A stretch of DNA of 64,000 bases from a bacterium. GTDB taxonomy: Bacteria; Patescibacteriota; Minisyncoccia; Minisyncoccales; UBA10102. How positions within the stretch are numbered: position 1 is the stretch's first letter; the number at the start of each line of letters is the position of its first letter. The notes under the pieces are model-generated. The model did no database searches, had not been told where the DNA came from, and saw nothing but the letters and a program-made list of their open reading frames with translations. The translations under genes were made by a program, and so were the position numbers. The DNA lies in NCBI GenBank assembly GCA_030647485.1, contig JAUSJT010000004.1, positions 109,088-173,087 on the forward strand, in the 5' to 3' direction. Shown here in pieces: positions 60,820 through 64,000 of this stretch.

Positions 60820-62094
60820 ATGGATAAATTTGTCATTCAAGGGAGAAAATCGCTAGAGGGGGAGATTGAGGCAAGGGGGGCAAAGAATGCTGCTTTTCCT
60901 CTTTTAGCCGCCACCATTCTTACCACAGAAGACTGCATTATAAGCAATCTTCCATTGGTGGAAGATGTATACCGGAGTATTGAGATTTTACAAAGTATGG
61001 GCGCTACGGTTGAATGGCTGGAAGAGAGAACGGTGAAGATAAATACAAAAGATTTAAATCCTGCAACGTTGAATCGCGATCTCATGCTCAAGCTGCGCGG
61101 TTCCGTGTTGTTTGCAGGTCCCTTGCTTGCCAGATTTGGGCAAGTTAACTTGCCTCAGCCAGGAGGAGATGTCATTGGAGCCCGCCCCATTAACACGCAT
61201 CTGGACGCATTTTCTCAATTAGGGGTGAATGTGGAGCCGCATAACGGGTTTCACATGGAGTTTAAAGGAAGTTTCAAAAAGAAAGAGGTGGTATTGAGCG
61301 AATTCTCGGTTACTGCGACAGAGAATCTCCTGCTTTTTGCAAGCGTTTTTGAGGGTTCCATAACGATAAAGATTGCGGATCAAGACTATCAAGTGCAAGA
61401 GTTAATGGCCGTGCTCTCAAAAATGGGAGTGATTTTTCATACTCCTAAACTCCATACAATTATCATTGAAGGGAAAAAGAACCTCAAGGGGTTTTCCCAT
61501 CGTCTTATGTACGACCCCATTGAAGCGGGGACATTCGTATTGCTTGGGGCTACTACAGGAGGGAATATTACCGTAAAGAATGTAGAGTTCAGATTTCTAG
61601 ATCTCTTCTTTAAGAAATTGCAGGATTCCAAGATTCTATTTGATATATTAAAAGAACAAGAGGGGGTGGGAGACGTGAGGATTCTTCCTTCTCCCGACAT
61701 GGTTATTGATAAAATTCAGAGTTGGATCTATCCTGGCGTTCATTCTGATCTTCAGAGTGCCTTTGGGGTTCTTGCAACCCAGACTCCAGGCTCTACGCTT
61801 TTGCATGATCCCTTGTACGAAGGAAGATTGAAGTATTTAGAGGAGCTCACCAAGATGGGAGCTGAAATTTACTTTGCAGATCCTCACCGAGCAATCATCA
61901 ATGGTCCTTCTCGACTTTATGGAACAAATCTTGGAGCGTTTGACTTGCGGGGAGGCGCAGCGCTTATCATCGCAGCTTTGATTGCAGAGGGGACAAGCAC
62001 GATTTCAAACATCTACCAAGTAGACAGAGGATATGAGAAGATAGAAGAACGACTGGGGAAGCTTGGAGCTGACATTACAAGGGTAACGGCATAA
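60820..62094 (+). CDS. murA: UDP-N-acetylglucosamine 1-carboxyvinyltransferase
   Basis: MDKFVIQGRKSLEGEIEARGAKNAAFPLLAATIL...; start at 60820 (60805 is an alternative); the ORF-track start at 60751 is an extension. Confidence 0.93.
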   Translation: MDKFVIQGRKSLEGEIEARGAKNAAFPLLAATILTTEDCIISNLPLVEDVYRSIEILQSMGATVEWLEERTVKINTKDLNPATLNRDLMLKLRGSVLFAGPLLARFGQVNLPQPGGDVIGARPINTHLDAFSQLGVNVEPHNGFHMEFKGSFKKKEVVLSEFSVTATENLLLFASVFEGSITIKIADQDYQVQELMAVLSKMGVIFHTPKLHTIIIEGKKNLKGFSHRLMYDPIEAGTFVLLGATTGGNITVKNVEFRFLDLFFKKLQDSKILFDILKEQEGVGDVRILPSPDMVIDKIQSWIYPGVHSDLQSAFGVLATQTPGSTLLHDPLYEGRLKYLEELTKMGAEIYFADPHRAIINGPSRLYGTNLGAFDLRGGAALIIAALIAEGTSTISNIYQVDRGYEKIEERLGKLGADITRVTA

Positions 62095-62102
62095 CCTTAT
62101 TC

Positions 62103-63116
62103 ATGTCTCTATTCGTCACAAAAATTGGCATTGACCTTGGGACAAAGAATTCTTTGGTGTTTGTGCCAAAGAAAGGCATTGTGCTCAGGGAGCCCTCGGT
62201 GGTTGCGGTATCTCTTAATGAAAATGCAATTCTAGCGGTCGGGGAAGCAGCAAAAGAAATGACAGGCAGAACTCCAGACAGCATAAGGGTGTATCGCCCC
62301 ATGAGAGACGGAGTTATCGCAGATTTTAGGGTTACCCTGGCAATGCTCCGATATTTCTTAAAACGGGTTATTCCACGATACCAGTTTTTCAAGCCAGAAG
62401 TGCTGGTGGCGGTGCCTGCCGGGGTTAGTTCTACTGAACGCCGGGCAGTGATTGAGGCAACGGTGCGTGCCGGGGCAAAGGCGGCATATGTGGCTAAAGA
62501 ACCTATTTTAGCCGCCATTGGAGCTGGCATACCCATCAACTCTTCTTCCGGGCATATGATCGTGGACATTGGGGGAGGCACCACAGAGGCTGCCGTTATT
62601 TCCCTGGGAGGCATTGTATCGTGTACCTCTATTCGTGTTGCAGGAGATAAAATGGACCAGGCCATTTCAGACTTCATCAAGAAAAAGTACAATCTTGCCA
62701 TTGGAGAAAATACGGCAGAAGAGATAAAAATAAAGATAGGATCTGCTATTCCTGCAAAACAGGAGGAAAGTATGGAAATCCGAGGCAGAGACTTGGTATT
62801 GGGATTGCCAAAGAATATGAAGATATCTTCCAATGAAGTATGCCAGGCGCTAGGGGAGGCATTGCAAGAGATTATTCAGATTATAAAGATTTTGCTTCGT
62901 GATACCCCTCCGGAGCTTTCTGCAGACGTTATGGATAAGGGCATGATTATATCTGGGGGAGGATCATTGCTCAAGAATATTGACCAGCTTATTTCCCAAT
63001 CAACCGGAGTGCCTTGTTTTGTGGCAAATGATCCCTTAACCTGCGTTGCCAGGGGTACTGGGGTGGTCTTAGATAACCTGGAAGTATACAAGAGAAGTAT
63101 TTTGAATAAGAAATAA
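62103..63116 (+). CDS. mreB: rod-shape-determining actin homologue MreB
   Basis: 337 aa; IGIDLGTKNSLVF..., MIVDIGGGTTEAAVISLGG... Confidence 0.96.
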   Translation: MSLFVTKIGIDLGTKNSLVFVPKKGIVLREPSVVAVSLNENAILAVGEAAKEMTGRTPDSIRVYRPMRDGVIADFRVTLAMLRYFLKRVIPRYQFFKPEVLVAVPAGVSSTERRAVIEATVRAGAKAAYVAKEPILAAIGAGIPINSSSGHMIVDIGGGTTEAAVISLGGIVSCTSIRVAGDKMDQAISDFIKKKYNLAIGENTAEEIKIKIGSAIPAKQEESMEIRGRDLVLGLPKNMKISSNEVCQALGEALQEIIQIIKILLRDTPPELSADVMDKGMIISGGGSLLKNIDQLISQSTGVPCFVANDPLTCVARGTGVVLDNLEVYKRSILNKK

Positions 63117-63898
63117 TGAGGTACGAAACTCACTGGGAATTCTTAAAGAATTCTGCATTACTAGGCAAGCTTTCGCATGCGTATGTGTTTTCGGGAAACG
63201 ATGAAACAGGGCAGCTACGTCTTGCCCTTAAGCTTTCTCAACTGCTGAATTGTGAGTCAAGGAAAGGAGGGGAACCGTGCCAAGTGTGCGCGTCGTGCAG
63301 AGGTATCACAGAGAGGACGCATCCTGATGCAGTGTGGATTGCGGAAACGCGAGAGATCCCTATAGGCGCAATCCGCGAGCTTCGCCATCATTTTAGCTTA
63401 AGCTCTTGGCAATCTTCTTTCAAGATTGCGGTTATAGAGAAAGCTCATGTAATGAATATAGAGGCGCAGTCAGCCCTTCTCAAGCTTCTTGAAGAACCAA
63501 GGCAAAATGCCATTCTGTTTCTTTGTACCAAGCATCCTGACCTCTTGCTAGACACCATACGGTCTCGCGCCCAGGAAATACGATGGTATGTTTTCCCTGC
63601 AGTTTTAAAGGGAAATTCAAAGAATGTAGAGGATCTCAAACGTTTGAAGGGATCTTTACTTCAGGAACGCTTTGACTACGCAAAGAAAGCAGCAGAAACT
63701 CCAGAAGATGCAGTACGAATTCTTGAGGAGTGGATGCGAACACAGCGATCCATTCTTCTAAAAACCGTTTCTGATTCTTCTGAAAATATTATGCAAGAAG
63801 AACGCGTGTTAAAAACAATGCAAGAGATGTTGCAAGTTATACAAACCACTAATGTAACGCCACGATTAGCTATAGAACAAGTACTTGTAGAACTCTAA
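63116..63898 (+). CDS. holB: DNA polymerase III subunit delta'
   Basis: 260 aa; LSHAYVFSGNDETGQ..., CQVCASCRGI..., HPD; ATGA-type junction with mreB. Confidence 0.8.
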   Translation: MRYETHWEFLKNSALLGKLSHAYVFSGNDETGQLRLALKLSQLLNCESRKGGEPCQVCASCRGITERTHPDAVWIAETREIPIGAIRELRHHFSLSSWQSSFKIAVIEKAHVMNIEAQSALLKLLEEPRQNAILFLCTKHPDLLLDTIRSRAQEIRWYVFPAVLKGNSKNVEDLKRLKGSLLQERFDYAKKAAETPEDAVRILEEWMRTQRSILLKTVSDSSENIMQEERVLKTMQEMLQVIQTTNVTPRLAIEQVLVEL

Positions 63899-63910
63899 TA
63901 TATAATAGGC

Positions 63911-64000
63911 ATGAAAGAAATTATAGAAAAAACAAAACGAGAGTTAGACAAGGTTGTGGATTTTTTCACAAAAGAGGTATCAAAGATCCGTACGGGCCAG
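63911..64000 (+). CDS. frr: ribosome recycling factor, 5' part (continues beyond the window)
   Basis: MKEIIEKTKRELDKVVDFFTKEVSKIRTGQ... resembles the RRF N-terminus. Confidence 0.7.
   Translation, partial: MKEIIEKTKRELDKVVDFFTKEVSKIRTGQ

Noticed and set aside
62075-62833. 252-codon minus-strand ORF antisense to mreB
   Set aside because: It is a shadow ORF of a strongly conserved gene, with no independent signals and no recognisable motifs.

Overview
The window is a gene-dense, mostly plus-strand stretch from an AT-leaning, small-genome bacterium. Several features point to a Candidate Phyla Radiation / Patescibacteria-type organism, which is an inference: rpsE runs straight into rplO with no L30 gene, there are many 1-30 nt gene overlaps, and AtpC, AtpH, RpoA and AlaS are shortened. 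Core content runs as follows: a Cas4-like nuclease, ychF and tgt; a complete F1Fo ATP synthase operon (atpBEFHAGDC); a thiol-redox neighbourhood (glutaredoxin-like, trxB, DsbA-like, PIG-L deacetylase); ndk; an MFS transporter; an orphan sensor kinase; tRNA-Pro(GGG); rpmB; the str cluster (rpsL-rpsG-fusA-tuf-rpsJ); the S10/spc/alpha ribosomal-protein clusters with secY-adk-map, infA, rpmJ and rpoA; then murA, mreB, holB and frr. No rRNA gene or CRISPR array was found. Five things are not explained by ordinary annotation. (1) A 295-bp unit consists of a 95-aa GIY-YIG ORF, perfect 17-bp terminal inverted repeats and a duplicated TATG. Three 152-bp structured non-coding relatives share its termini. 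All four sit exactly on the start codon of a host gene (atpB, rplV, rpsQ, and the gene at 54100). (2) A second structured repeat family has 4 copies with compensatory stem changes, and two of them abut the atpD and rpsL start codons. (3) A 1.8-kb island splits rpsJ from rplC. It carries an excisionase/MerR-HTH::GHKL-ATPase gene plus a STAS-like (DUF4325-type) partner, bracketed by 36-bp direct repeats. (4) A GC-rich palindromic insert is shared in-frame by atpD and rpsS. (5) There are several smaller signals: a 16-codon four-Cys micro-ORF with consensus promoter and terminator, a promoter/terminator-bounded sRNA candidate, a 320-nt structured rpsG-fusA spacer, an orphan Phd/YefM-like gene between fusA and tuf, an identical G-less 20-mer upstream of atpE and tuf, and frequent TATAAT-N6-9-ATG (leaderless-type) starts. 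All functional calls rest on motif recognition by eye; no database search was possible.
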